From positions 1-37,104 of the IMG/VR virus record IMGVR_UViG_3300021982_000006: DNA of 37,104 bases, one strand, 5' to 3'. The DNA is from a virus (taxonomy: Duplodnaviria > Caudoviricetes). Numbering within the stretch: the stretch's first letter is position 1; each line of letters opens with the position of its first letter. Both the position numbers and the translations under genes were made by a program. Of this stretch, positions 1-9,716 are shown piece by piece. The notes under the pieces are model-generated. The model was given only the letters and a program-made list of their open reading frames with translations. It made no database searches and was not told the origin of the DNA.

Positions 1-1059
1 TCTGAAATAGGTTTACCTAGGACAGATATTAAAGTTACAGGTACAGATGGAAAGGTAGCTAAAGGGCAGTTTAATGTACTAGGAGGTATAAACTATATTC
101 TTGACACAGCAACCCCAAAGACCCAGACATCTAACGGGCAAGATAATCAGGACCTCTTTAGTCAAGCATTGTTCTATTCACCAATAAAAAATTGGGGTAT
201 AGCTAAGGGTGATTATGTCATATCTTTTGACTGGACTTTAAAAACGGCACTATCTTCTGATATGAACGTGGGCGTGTTCTTAAACAAACCGCTATATCAA
301 GGAGTAAGCTTCATTATTAAGTCTGGGCAAACATCAGGACATGTTAATTTAAAAATTAGTTTGTGGGATTCAAGTGTAAGCTCTGAAGCGTTTGGTTTAA
401 CGTTTAGAATAAATAGTCAAATGGCTTCTGGTAATACCATTACATATTCTAAACTTAAAATGGAAAGTGGGACGATTGCAACAGATTGGTCTCCAGCAGT
501 AGAAGAAATATCTGGATATGGGATAGATTATATTTATGATAATAGTACCTCTACTGGAAGTTATCGTTATGTATTAAATACACCATCACCAATTAAAACA
601 ATAACTATAGACGATTATTACAACTATGGTTATTCTAATAGGTTAGTAACTATAAAGACACCTAACATAGAGTTGCCATTGGGAATATTTAAAGGACAAA
701 GTACAGGTAATATTAGTATTCCTGACTACAGTTATCCAGATAAAAACTTCTTGATTGCTTCTACCAATAGGTTTAAGTTGAATATAGATTCATCTTCTAA
801 AGGTGTTATGATATATAATTATACATCTAAAAATTGGGAAAATTATGATTTTAATAAGTACTATGAAATAGGTAATTATATACAAGATGCTAAATCTATA
901 CAAGGAGCATATATGTTAGTTAAGTTTACGGATTCTAAATTTGACCTTAAGTATTTTGATTTAGAGTTTGACACAGCGACTATTCCTTACACTTCAAATA
1001 GTGTAGGTTATTCTAATAAACTAGGACAGCTTGTACTTGACCAGAGTAAACTAGGGTAA
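1..1059 (+). CDS. Baseplate/tail structural protein, C-terminal part (5'-truncated by the window)
   Basis: Frame is open from base 1 (tct gaa ata ggt...), so the TTG at 169 is not the true start. Contains the tail-protein carbohydrate-binding-like motif KLKMESGTIATDWSPAVE. Lies directly upstream of the baseplate/adsorption genes. Confidence 0.7.
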   Translation, partial: SEIGLPRTDIKVTGTDGKVAKGQFNVLGGINYILDTATPKTQTSNGQDNQDLFSQALFYSPIKNWGIAKGDYVISFDWTLKTALSSDMNVGVFLNKPLYQGVSFIIKSGQTSGHVNLKISLWDSSVSSEAFGLTFRINSQMASGNTITYSKLKMESGTIATDWSPAVEEISGYGIDYIYDNSTSTGSYRYVLNTPSPIKTITIDDYYNYGYSNRLVTIKTPNIELPLGIFKGQSTGNISIPDYSYPDKNFLIASTNRFKLNIDSSSKGVMIYNYTSKNWENYDFNKYYEIGNYIQDAKSIQGAYMLVKFTDSKFDLKYFDLEFDTATIPYTSNSVGYSNKLGQLVLDQSKLG

Positions 1060-1079
1060 GCGTATGTTATAATTAAAGA

Positions 1080-1091
1080 AGTTATATTATA
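1080..1091 (+). promoter_or_regulatory. Putative phage late promoter (GTTATATTA -10-type motif)
   Basis: AGTTATATTATA upstream of a structural gene; the same 12-mer recurs at 25244-25255 before the Ig virion protein. Resembles the TGTTATATTA late motif recalled for Twort-like phages. An extended -10 (TGTTATAAT, 1065-1073) lies just upstream. Confidence 0.55.
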
Positions 1092-1108
1092 GATAGGAAA
1101 GGAAACAA

Positions 1109-1621
1109 ATGAGTATTAAAACACAAGTCGCTAGTGTATCTAACGCAATCAGGATATATAAAGATGCTCAAGGTATGTTCATTGGTTTCGGTAACAAAGA
1201 TACTGAATGGGGTACGCCTAGTAACCCACCGCTACCTTTAGATACAGATACTAGCCTAAAAGAGCTATTAGGGATAGCTAGGGTTTCTAGGGTATCCTTA
1301 GCAAAACTTGCTGATAGAAATTCAACTAATACCTTTCTTTATGATGGTGTGGCTTATGAAAAAGTTAACTTAGGGGATGCGTATATTAAAAAAGCTACAT
1401 TTGTCTTAGTCGAAGTCGACATAAAGACTGATAGTTTTTCTTCTAATGTGTATCGTTCAGTAGGTTTACTTGAGTCACCTACCTATAGCAATTCATCTAT
1501 AGGAGATATATTACAACCAAGTAGTATCATGTCCCAAGGTAATTTGCTTACAGTTAAGTATGTCCCTAAGGTAGATTTCACGGGATACACAGTTACAGAA
1601 CAAATACTAATAGAAAATTAA
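1109..1621 (+). CDS. Baseplate structural protein (conserved ~170-aa Herelleviridae protein)
   Basis: AGGAAAGGA RBS. Size, position before the adsorption protein and the F-IGFG-K-T-W...PP motif fit baseplate wedge proteins. Confidence 0.65.
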   Translation: MSIKTQVASVSNAIRIYKDAQGMFIGFGNKDTEWGTPSNPPLPLDTDTSLKELLGIARVSRVSLAKLADRNSTNTFLYDGVAYEKVNLGDAYIKKATFVLVEVDIKTDSFSSNVYRSVGLLESPTYSNSSIGDILQPSSIMSQGNLLTVKYVPKVDFTGYTVTEQILIEN

Positions 1622-1633
1622 AGGTAATAGTAC

Positions 1634-4600
1634 ATGTCAACAGTAGACTTATCAAAAAAGCCATATTACGATGGTTATAAAAAAGAAAGTAATTATGTAG
1701 GGGTTGCATCAGTAGCTGATAGACCTTTGCAACAGCGAGAAATAAATGAATTACAATCTATTTTAAATAATAAAATAAAAGGTGTAGGAGACGGTGTCTT
1801 TAAAGAAGGCGCTATTATTACTGGATTGGGTTATGACCCTGTTAAGAGTGCAGATGGTAAGACAGTTACCATAAATATTCATACAGGTACTATTTATTTA
1901 GCAGGCTCAATTCTTAATGTGGATTCACAGTCTGTTACAGTAAATGCTGTGGGTGATGCTTATGTATATGCTACATATACTGATAGGATTGTTACATCAC
2001 AAGAAGACACAACACTTAACGACCCTACATCAACTACAATACAAGGTGCAGATAGACTTCAAGCTACAGTGTCTATTACAACTACGCCTATAGATGACAC
2101 ATCTGTTGTTATGTACCATTTTCAAGATGGTGTGTTGTTTATTGATTCTAGTACTCCACTTTCAGATAATATTATGAAAGTACTAGCACAAAGAACTCAG
2201 GAAACTAACGGTTCTTATCGTGTCAGTGGTTTAGGATTAAGTATTGACCCATCACAAACTACGGATACGAATATATCTGTTCTTATTGGAGACGGAGTAG
2301 CTTATGTAAGAGGTTACCGTGTAGAGAAAGTAGCAGGAACTCGTATAGGTGTTAAACCCTCTACTACTACTAGACAGGTAATTAACGAAACCCAAGCATA
2401 CAATGAAAAACTTGGTTATATACAGTTATACCAAGCGCCTGTAAAGTCAGTTACATCTGTAACAGCGCCTGTAATGGTTTCAGAAACAGTAACTCGTAGT
2501 GCCAACAACTCTGACCAACTAAAGCACGGAAATGTAGTAGCAGTTAAATCTATAACTTCTACTAAAGGTACTGTTTATGGTACACTAGATAACCCAGCTA
2601 CATCTACTAATAAAGCGGATGTATCCATTCAAGGAGGCAATTCGATTCAATGGAACTCTGGTTCATCAGTACTCCCTACTACAGGTGGAACTTACCAAGT
2701 TGTCTACTATTATGTGAAAGCTATGGTTTCTGGTACTGATTATACTATTAAGACAGCTAATGTCGGTGGAGTAACTGCTACCCGTGTAACATTTTCAGGA
2801 ATGAGTGGCGATAAACCCGTAAATGACGTTCGTATAGCTACTAATTTGTCTGTAACTTATGACTTTTATCTAGCACGTAGGGATTTAATTTCATTAGATG
2901 CCTTAGGAAATCCTATAGTAGCTCAAGGAACTCCAGATACAATAGATAAGGTATCTATACCTATTGCTAACAACGATGACTTAACGCTTCCTATAGGTTG
3001 GGTTACAGTATATCCAAACTCAAAAACAGCTGAAACGAATGATTATACAGTTACAAACTTAACATTCTCTCAACTCCAAAAATTACAAGCTAGAGTACAA
3101 ACTTTAGAGTATAACCTAGCTACAATGGCACAAGATGTTGCTGCAGCGCAAGGTCATGACCCTCTATCATTACGAGGGGTATTCTCTGACGGATTTAACT
3201 CGTATGAGCGTGCTGATATAGACATATTTGGAGAAGCTGTAACGGATGCTAATGGAAATATAACGTCTGATACTCGTTGGAAAGAAAATGGTAAAGTTGT
3301 TCCAATGGCAGCATGGTCATTTGATGATGCGTATATTACTCTTCCTTATGCAAATAGCTTGCTTAAAGAAAACACAGTTAATACAATGTCACAAGGAACA
3401 CCTCCATTTAATAACCCTATGGCTTGGAATGGTCATGTTATTACATCCCCTTATCAAGTAGTTACTGAAATTTCACAGGGAATAGCTACTAGTGATATGT
3501 CAGTTAACCCTTATATGGTTTATGAGACACAGACTGGTACTCTGGCTCTTAACCCCTCTGGAGATGTTTGGCAAGATGTTAACAAGGTAACAGTGAACAA
3601 CAAGATTGTTAAAAATCTTAATGTTCATCGTTACTGGTTGCATAATGGTTCATCAGGAGATAGTGATTCACAGTTTATCTATAACAACGCTAATAATATT
3701 AACTGGACTAACACCAACTCGGGTTGGGTAAAAGGTAGTGATTGGTTCTCAGATGCTCCAGAAGACCTTGTAAAGGGTACTAAGGGTCAAGGTACTGCTT
3801 ATGGTACAGCTGTTACAAATGGTGGTGAACAGACTTCTATAAGCTCTATTCCTTACATGAGACCTATTACAGTTACGTTTACGGCTAAAGGGTTAAGAAG
3901 GAATGATGATAACCTGTACATCTTATTTAACGGTATTAAGTTAAAGACTACACCCCTTTCTCCATCAGTTAAAGGAACTAAAGATAGTACTATCCGTGCA
4001 GATAATATGGGAGTTGCTTCAGGTTCGTTTACTATACCTAGTGACCAACCTACGGGAACTGTTGACGTATTCTTGAAAAATGATAATGACTCTGGTTCAT
4101 CATCTAACACAACGTTTACGTCTACAGGAACAACAAAAACTATAGAAAGTATTATAAATACGACATTCTATCAGGTTAAGCTTGTTGACCCTCTAGCAGA
4201 GTCTTTCCAGTTTGACGGTGATAGATTATTAGCTGGAGTTAACCTATACTTCTCTCAGATTGATACATCAACAAATCCTGCTGATGTAATTGTGCAAGTT
4301 CGTACTATATCTGATGGAGGTACCCCAACACAAAAGGTAGTTGGTCAAAGTTCTCATAATGCTTCTGAAATAAAGGTATCTAATGATTCTTCTGTACCTA
4401 CTAAATTCTATTTCGATAACCCTGTTCAATTGGATTCAGGAAGTTCTTATGCAGTTGTCGTTATTTCTAACTCACCTGGTTATAGATTATTCTATGCCCA
4501 AATGGGTCAGAATAGGCTAGATAATAATCAAAAGCTATTATCTAATCCGTTTGATGGCGTTATGTTCTCCTCTTCTAACGCTCAAACATGGACTGCTCAC

Positions 4601-5359
4601 CAAGATGCTGATTTGAAGTTTGATTTGATGACAGCTAGATTCCAAGATGGTGCAAAGTCTACTATATTGTTTGACCCAGTTGACTTAACATTACCAGATG
4701 GTTCATTACCAGATGTTACGGTTTCTTCACTGTTAGCAGCGTTAGCTCCTACATCCACTAGCGTGTACTGGGAGTATCGTGTAATACTTTCTACGGATGG
4801 GTCAGGTTCATCTATTGATGACGGAACACATCCTTGGTATCCAATTAGTACCGATGGTGAATATGACCCACAAAGTACTGTCAGAGTTATCCAAATACGT
4901 GCCACTATTAAAGCAAGCAAATATATTAGTCCTCGTTTGACTATGAATGCTATTAATATTAATGCTTTAGTTACTGGAACAAAGGGAACTTATGTAGGTA
5001 AAAACGTAAGTATGGGTGATACAGGATATAATACAGTCCATGTGTCTTATAAACAGTATACCCCAGAGGGTACAAATATTATCCCTAAGTTCCTTATGTG
5101 GTCAGATAATAACGCAATGCCATCCACTTGGGAAACATTAGATAGTTTACGTACTAGCCATAGTGCTACAGTAACTTCTAGTGTAGGTCAAGCAGATGTA
5201 TATGGTTATTCATTAGTCACTCATGTTATTAACTTACCTGCTAGTTATGCAGGAGCTCTTGGATTTAACACGTTTAAGATTAGAATTGATTTGTCTAGTG
5301 CTAACCAATTTATTCGTCCTAATGTTAAGGAGTTAAAAGCAGTTCTTACTGATGAGTAA
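1634..5359 (+). CDS. Large adsorption-associated tail/baseplate protein (DUF4815-like)
   Basis: 1241 aa; N-terminal DLSKKPYYD...RPLQQREINELQS, G-AYVRGY, GVFSDGF, DPLAESF and SSNAQTWTAHQDADLKF motifs typical of this myovirus baseplate family. Confidence 0.85.
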   Translation: MSTVDLSKKPYYDGYKKESNYVGVASVADRPLQQREINELQSILNNKIKGVGDGVFKEGAIITGLGYDPVKSADGKTVTINIHTGTIYLAGSILNVDSQSVTVNAVGDAYVYATYTDRIVTSQEDTTLNDPTSTTIQGADRLQATVSITTTPIDDTSVVMYHFQDGVLFIDSSTPLSDNIMKVLAQRTQETNGSYRVSGLGLSIDPSQTTDTNISVLIGDGVAYVRGYRVEKVAGTRIGVKPSTTTRQVINETQAYNEKLGYIQLYQAPVKSVTSVTAPVMVSETVTRSANNSDQLKHGNVVAVKSITSTKGTVYGTLDNPATSTNKADVSIQGGNSIQWNSGSSVLPTTGGTYQVVYYYVKAMVSGTDYTIKTANVGGVTATRVTFSGMSGDKPVNDVRIATNLSVTYDFYLARRDLISLDALGNPIVAQGTPDTIDKVSIPIANNDDLTLPIGWVTVYPNSKTAETNDYTVTNLTFSQLQKLQARVQTLEYNLATMAQDVAAAQGHDPLSLRGVFSDGFNSYERADIDIFGEAVTDANGNITSDTRWKENGKVVPMAAWSFDDAYITLPYANSLLKENTVNTMSQGTPPFNNPMAWNGHVITSPYQVVTEISQGIATSDMSVNPYMVYETQTGTLALNPSGDVWQDVNKVTVNNKIVKNLNVHRYWLHNGSSGDSDSQFIYNNANNINWTNTNSGWVKGSDWFSDAPEDLVKGTKGQGTAYGTAVTNGGEQTSISSIPYMRPITVTFTAKGLRRNDDNLYILFNGIKLKTTPLSPSVKGTKDSTIRADNMGVASGSFTIPSDQPTGTVDVFLKNDNDSGSSSNTTFTSTGTTKTIESIINTTFYQVKLVDPLAESFQFDGDRLLAGVNLYFSQIDTSTNPADVIVQVRTISDGGTPTQKVVGQSSHNASEIKVSNDSSVPTKFYFDNPVQLDSGSSYAVVVISNSPGYRLFYAQMGQNRLDNNQKLLSNPFDGVMFSSSNAQTWTAHQDADLKFDLMTARFQDGAKSTILFDPVDLTLPDGSLPDVTVSSLLAALAPTSTSVYWEYRVILSTDGSGSSIDDGTHPWYPISTDGEYDPQSTVRVIQIRATIKASKYISPRLTMNAININALVTGTKGTYVGKNVSMGDTGYNTVHVSYKQYTPEGTNIIPKFLMWSDNNAMPSTWETLDSLRTSHSATVTSSVGQADVYGYSLVTHVINLPASYAGALGFNTFKIRIDLSSANQFIRPNVKELKAVLTDE

Positions 5360-5364
5360 GAAAT

Positions 5365-5393
5365 AAAAAGGCTATCCTATGGGTAGTCTTTTT
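5365..5393 (+). terminator. Rho-independent terminator (possibly bidirectional)
   Basis: AGGCTATCC-TAT-GGGTAGTCT stem with an A-tract before and a T-tract after. Confidence 0.8.
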
Positions 5394-5415
5394 GTACATA
5401 TAAACAACAAAGTAG

Positions 5416-5426
5416 TGTGATATAAT
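5416..5426 (+). promoter_or_regulatory. Extended -10 sigmaA-type promoter
   Basis: TGTGA-TATAAT; no consensus -35 at 17 bp; GGAGG RBS follows. Confidence 0.6.
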
Positions 5427-5448
5427 TATAGTATTGGAGGTTAAGTAA

Positions 5449-5640
5449 ATGCCTAGTATGACAAATGTAAGTGGTGGCACAGTTTTTAAACCATCACCTT
5501 ATGAGCAAGAATTAAATAATAAAAGAAAAAAGCAACGTTTGGAGCATGAACAACTTGTTAAAGATGTCGCTGAAATTAAAAAACAACTTAAGTATAAAAA
5601 GTTACACCAATCTAAAATAACTAGAAGGAAGCATTATTAA
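5449..5640 (+). CDS. Small basic coiled-coil hypothetical protein
   Basis: GGAGG RBS; 63 aa. A small gene occupies this position after the adsorption protein in related phages. Confidence 0.65.
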   Translation: MPSMTNVSGGTVFKPSPYEQELNNKRKKQRLEHEQLVKDVAEIKKQLKYKKLHQSKITRRKHY

Positions 5641-5984
5641 TGGAACTCGAAGCAAAAGTAGATGAAAGATTATTTATAATGGCACACCCAAATTCTTACA
5701 ATAAGGTATATACTGTTGATTTGTCTTGGGAAGACGAATCTACTTTTGTTTTGCGTGATGAATATAAGCCATTTGTGTATGTTAAAAGCCAATTATCTAG
5801 GTCAAAAGTTGAGGGTAAAAGAGTAGGTTATAATAAGTTTACTTTTTCTTTAGGTGAAGATAATTTACAATCAGCAGTACCTACAAAATGGATTAATCTA
5901 GACGTGGTTATTGATATAGGAAATGGAGAACGTATAATAGCTAATCCAACCAAAGTAATAGAGTTCTACGTGGAGGGGAAATGA
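5640..5984 (+). CDS. Hypothetical protein (beta-rich)
   Basis: TAATG stop/start coupling with the upstream ORF; 114 aa. Confidence 0.65.
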   Translation: MELEAKVDERLFIMAHPNSYNKVYTVDLSWEDESTFVLRDEYKPFVYVKSQLSRSKVEGKRVGYNKFTFSLGEDNLQSAVPTKWINLDVVIDIGNGERIIANPTKVIEFYVEGK

Positions 5985-6340
5985 TTTATAACGACTTATC
6001 AATAGGTTATCAAAATAATAACACACAATTAAATATAAAAAAGTATAGTAATGGAAGTCGTTTAACTTTTAAAATCATAGATAGCACGCATACATTTGTC
6101 TTCCCAGATAACTCAGAAGTATTTATAGATATTTCTGGTCAATCTATAAAAGCTAATAAAGAAAAATATTATGGCGTAACATCTTTCAATATTAGTGATG
6201 AGTTGTTTGATAAAATTCCTATAGGAAAGGTTTCTTTTTCTGCTAAATTGCTAGTTAATGGTTCTATTATATACACTGTTTTGGGGGGTATACTAGAAAT
6301 TTACCCTAGTTGTGTTGTACTGGAGGATTCTATTGAATGA
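5981..6340 (+). CDS. Hypothetical protein, possibly BppU N-terminal-like baseplate domain
   Basis: GGAGGG RBS, ATGA overlap. Pattern IKKYSNGSRLTFKI...GVTSF-I...GKVSFSAKL loosely resembles BppU_N. Confidence 0.5.
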   Translation: MIYNDLSIGYQNNNTQLNIKKYSNGSRLTFKIIDSTHTFVFPDNSEVFIDISGQSIKANKEKYYGVTSFNISDELFDKIPIGKVSFSAKLLVNGSIIYTVLGGILEIYPSCVVLEDSIE

Positions 6341-8097
6341 TATTCACAAGAACCAATAGGTATACTAAAATAACATTTGAAAACAACGAAAATGTTGCTT
6401 TTATAAAAAAATACGAAGAAAAGCTAGGTAAGTTTACTGGAGTTAGAGAACCTGGCTATGAAAAAAGTAGGGCATACAAAAGTGGCTATTGGGATGGGTA
6501 TACTTTACTGTATGACAAATCTAATCACCAGTTACCTGACGGTCTATTTAACCAACTCATCGAATTTTCTGAAAGTATTAAAGAGCAAGTCGAGGGTTAC
6601 TCTTATAAAATAGTAGATGATAGAGAAGAACTTTTTATGGGAGAAGAAGATGTTCCTAGAGAGCTTAATTTCAAGGATGATGGAAAGGAATATAACCTAT
6701 TCGATTATCAGTATAATTCAGTTAAGTCTGCTATAGGAAGTGGTAAAGGGATATTACATCTTGCAACTAACGCAGGTAAAACAGGAGTTTCCGTAGCTTT
6801 AATAAAAACCCTATCTAAGTACTTAGAACGTGGTGAGAAAGTAATATACTTTGTACCATCTAAAGCCATATTTGAGCAAGCCATAAAAACTATGCAAGAA
6901 AATTTTGGTAAGAATGCTGTTGGTTATATAGGAGATGGTAAAAAGAAAATATCCGCTATAAATGTTGTAATAATGCTTTCAATGGTAAGTGCTTTAAAAG
7001 ACCCTACCAAAAGTAAAGATGTTAAAGTAACAGGAAAAGCACGGACATTGCAAATATTTGTAGATGAGGTAGCACCACTGTTCGATAATAGTAATCAAAA
7101 AAGCATTCTATCTAATTTAGTTAAATCATATAATCCAACTACAAAATCTAGAACTGAAATCCTAGAGTGGATTAGAAAAGCTGATGAAGAATGCCCTACA
7201 GATAACAGAGTTAAACTTTTTATTAATTCTAAAAAAGCAGAGTACCGTAAGTTAATGCAAGGTAAAGTAGGTACAAAGTATAAAAAATATGAAGATACCC
7301 TTAAGTTAGTTTCTGAAACTAAAATTGTACTTGTAGATGAGGGGCATCACTCTAAATCAGACACCACTTTTGATACACTACTTAGGTTTTATAATGCGCC
7401 CTATATGTATGCGATGACTGGCTCTATAGATACTAAAGATAAATTATCATCACAAAGATTAAAAGGTCTTTATCACAAGGTTATTTATACAGTATCAAAT
7501 GACGAGCTAATAGAAAGAGGTATATCAGCAAAACCTACTATTAATTTAATCAAGGTTAAAGGTAATATCGGGGTTACATCAGAAGAAGATAAAAACTATA
7601 TGGCAGTTTATGAAAAAGGTATAGTTAGATTCGATGTTAGAAACGAATTAATTGCTGGGCTGACTAAAAAGATGGTTGAAAAAGATAAAACATCTCTGTT
7701 AATAGTAAATAGGGTGGAACATGGAGAAATATTAAAAGAAAAATTTGATAGTATGGGCATAACTTCTAAATTTATTAGTGGGGATACATCTACGGAAGAT
7801 AGGGAGGTAGCAAAGAAAGAAGCGAAAGATGGAACACTTAAAGTTCTGATAGCTACGTCTATATTTGACGAAGGGGTGTCTATTAATAACATAGATGTTT
7901 TATTTATGGTTAGTTCTACAAAAAGTTTGAGATTGATATTACAGCGTGTGGGTAGAGTACTTCGTAAAAAGTCTGGAGATAACCAAGCGCTTGTTTTCGA
8001 CTTTATAGACCAGACCCATATATTCCTCAAAAATCATGCTAAAGACAGAATAAAAATATATAAAGACCAGAATTTCGATATTAAGTACCTAAACTAG
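6337..8097 (+). CDS. Superfamily 2 DNA helicase (DExH, UvsW-like)
   Basis: Motif I ATNAGKT, motif II DEGHH, motif III TGS, motif V ATSIFDEGVSI, motif VI QRVGRVLR. Confidence 0.93.
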   Translation: MIFTRTNRYTKITFENNENVAFIKKYEEKLGKFTGVREPGYEKSRAYKSGYWDGYTLLYDKSNHQLPDGLFNQLIEFSESIKEQVEGYSYKIVDDREELFMGEEDVPRELNFKDDGKEYNLFDYQYNSVKSAIGSGKGILHLATNAGKTGVSVALIKTLSKYLERGEKVIYFVPSKAIFEQAIKTMQENFGKNAVGYIGDGKKKISAINVVIMLSMVSALKDPTKSKDVKVTGKARTLQIFVDEVAPLFDNSNQKSILSNLVKSYNPTTKSRTEILEWIRKADEECPTDNRVKLFINSKKAEYRKLMQGKVGTKYKKYEDTLKLVSETKIVLVDEGHHSKSDTTFDTLLRFYNAPYMYAMTGSIDTKDKLSSQRLKGLYHKVIYTVSNDELIERGISAKPTINLIKVKGNIGVTSEEDKNYMAVYEKGIVRFDVRNELIAGLTKKMVEKDKTSLLIVNRVEHGEILKEKFDSMGITSKFISGDTSTEDREVAKKEAKDGTLKVLIATSIFDEGVSINNIDVLFMVSSTKSLRLILQRVGRVLRKKSGDNQALVFDFIDQTHIFLKNHAKDRIKIYKDQNFDIKYLN

Positions 8098-8109
8098 GGT
8101 ACTTTTTTT
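8083..8109 (+). terminator. Rho-independent terminator overlapping the helicase stop
   Basis: AAGTACCT-AAACTA-GGGTACTT stem plus T-tract. Confidence 0.7.
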
Positions 8110-8113
8110 GTTG

Positions 8114-8142
8114 TTGATAATTGCAACTTTCTGTGGTATAAT
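8114..8142 (+). promoter_or_regulatory. sigmaA-type promoter
   Basis: TTGATA-17 bp-TATAAT with a TGTG extension. Confidence 0.8.
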
Positions 8143-8169
8143 ATTAACAGAAATACTAGGAGGTAATAG

Positions 8170-9672
8170 ATGGTAACTGTTTCAGATAATTCTCTAAGCG
8201 CACGTGACACTTTTTTTCTAAATAAGATTGTTGGTTTAGGTGTTGACTACACTGACAACATTGCTTACGTAAAAACAACAAGAGAATACTTATCAAAAAA
8301 AATTGGCGTTAATATTAGAACTATCACTAGGAGACTTAATCATCTAGGAGAAGTAGGTTACGTTAACGTAGAGTCTAAACTGGGTAAAAATGGTGGGTAC
8401 ATTATTAAGTTAAACCCAGATAAGTTTTCATTTCCTATAGACGATTCTCTTTTAAAAAACCCTACGAAAACCTTTACAAATTTGGTTGATAAATTATACC
8501 ATAAAAAATCTAGGAATAGAGGAGTACGAAGAACAAAAACGGAAATGGACCAGTTGAGAAGAGAGCAAGAGCGTATGACATCTCAACAGCGTTCAGAAAA
8601 TAAAATGCTTGAGACAAAGTATCTTATGAAGCCGTTAGATTGGGATTTCTTTGCTAGTACAAGTGAGCCTGATACTAATTTTAGGGTTTGGGTTATATCT
8701 AGAGCATATGATGCTTTTGTAAAAGCTTATGAGCATAAGTACGAGGTATCATATCGTAATAAAGAGCACGTTGGGACTTTCTATTATGGTAAAGGGAAAA
8801 AATCACATAGTAATTCTTATAAATCACTAAAGGATGGGTTCATTGGTAGCCGAAATTTCGATGCGTTTAAAAAGCTATTAGATTTATCTAGGGACCTAAA
8901 TGAAAACCCAATTGTATTAATGGGCAAGGTTTTTGAGAGGTACTCGTTTAACCATTATAGCTACCAACATCCAGCTAGGATACCTGTTCCAAACCAGGTA
9001 ATGGATAAAAAGGGAGTTGACGTTATTATGTCATCACTAAAAAATCAAAAAGAAATGAACAGGTTTAGAATGGGCGCTTCTACAGATTTCCTAAACAATG
9101 CAGAAATTATAGCTATCAATCGTGAATATTTATCTATTGATAATAGTCAGGACACAGATTACAACGAAGAACTTACAGGAGATAAACAATTATTATCATT
9201 GAAACATTACTATAATCAACTAATGTTTAATGCAAAATCAAGATTAAATAAATCAGAATTAAAAGTATTAGACTACTTTATGAGAGAACAGATAGATTTA
9301 ATTATAGGAAAAACAGGAATATCTCATGTTTTGTCTGAATATGCTACAGTAGCCTTTGAAACATTAAAACCTTATATTGATAAATCATTAGAAGATGGTA
9401 CAATAAACCAGACATTCTACGACTTAGCTAATTTGATGGGTAACTATGAAAGTAAGGCTACAGGAAATGCTACAGTGATGTTGTCTAGTGCTTATGTAGC
9501 TAATAAAAACGGGTACAATATAGCAAGAAGAGTGCACGCAATTATTAAGCAACGTCAAGGAGATTACTATACTATTCATGAGGTAATGAAGGTAATACAA
9601 AAGGTTCCTGACTTACTATCATTGACAAAATCAGGTCTTCTAGATAGAAAAGTTGTTTTAATTGAGTATTGA
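8170..9672 (+). CDS. HTH DNA-binding 'Rep'/regulatory protein of Twort-like phages
   Basis: N-terminal winged HTH (TREYLSKKIGVNIRTITRRLNHLGEVGYV...GKNGG); sits between the two helicases as in phage K; GGAGG RBS. Confidence 0.75.
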   Translation: MVTVSDNSLSARDTFFLNKIVGLGVDYTDNIAYVKTTREYLSKKIGVNIRTITRRLNHLGEVGYVNVESKLGKNGGYIIKLNPDKFSFPIDDSLLKNPTKTFTNLVDKLYHKKSRNRGVRRTKTEMDQLRREQERMTSQQRSENKMLETKYLMKPLDWDFFASTSEPDTNFRVWVISRAYDAFVKAYEHKYEVSYRNKEHVGTFYYGKGKKSHSNSYKSLKDGFIGSRNFDAFKKLLDLSRDLNENPIVLMGKVFERYSFNHYSYQHPARIPVPNQVMDKKGVDVIMSSLKNQKEMNRFRMGASTDFLNNAEIIAINREYLSIDNSQDTDYNEELTGDKQLLSLKHYYNQLMFNAKSRLNKSELKVLDYFMREQIDLIIGKTGISHVLSEYATVAFETLKPYIDKSLEDGTINQTFYDLANLMGNYESKATGNATVMLSSAYVANKNGYNIARRVHAIIKQRQGDYYTIHEVMKVIQKVPDLLSLTKSGLLDRKVVLIEY

Positions 9673-9697
9673 CAAATACAAAACTTAATGTTAAAAT
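9669..9697 (+). promoter_or_regulatory. sigmaA-type promoter
   Basis: TTGACA-17 bp-TAAAAT with TG; the -35 contains the upstream gene's TGA stop. Confidence 0.75.
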
Positions 9698-9716
9698 CTA
9701 TATAGAAAGGATTTTT

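Noticed and set aside
6990-7310. ~105-aa insertion between helicase motifs Ib and II as an intein
   Set aside because: No C/S start, HN end or LAGLIDADG motif; a helical insert is usual in this helicase family.
9669-9716. TTG starts in the ORF track at 169, 9669, 26066 and 33562
   Set aside because: 169 is internal to a longer open frame; the others fall in promoter or RBS sequence, and downstream ATGs have better SDs.
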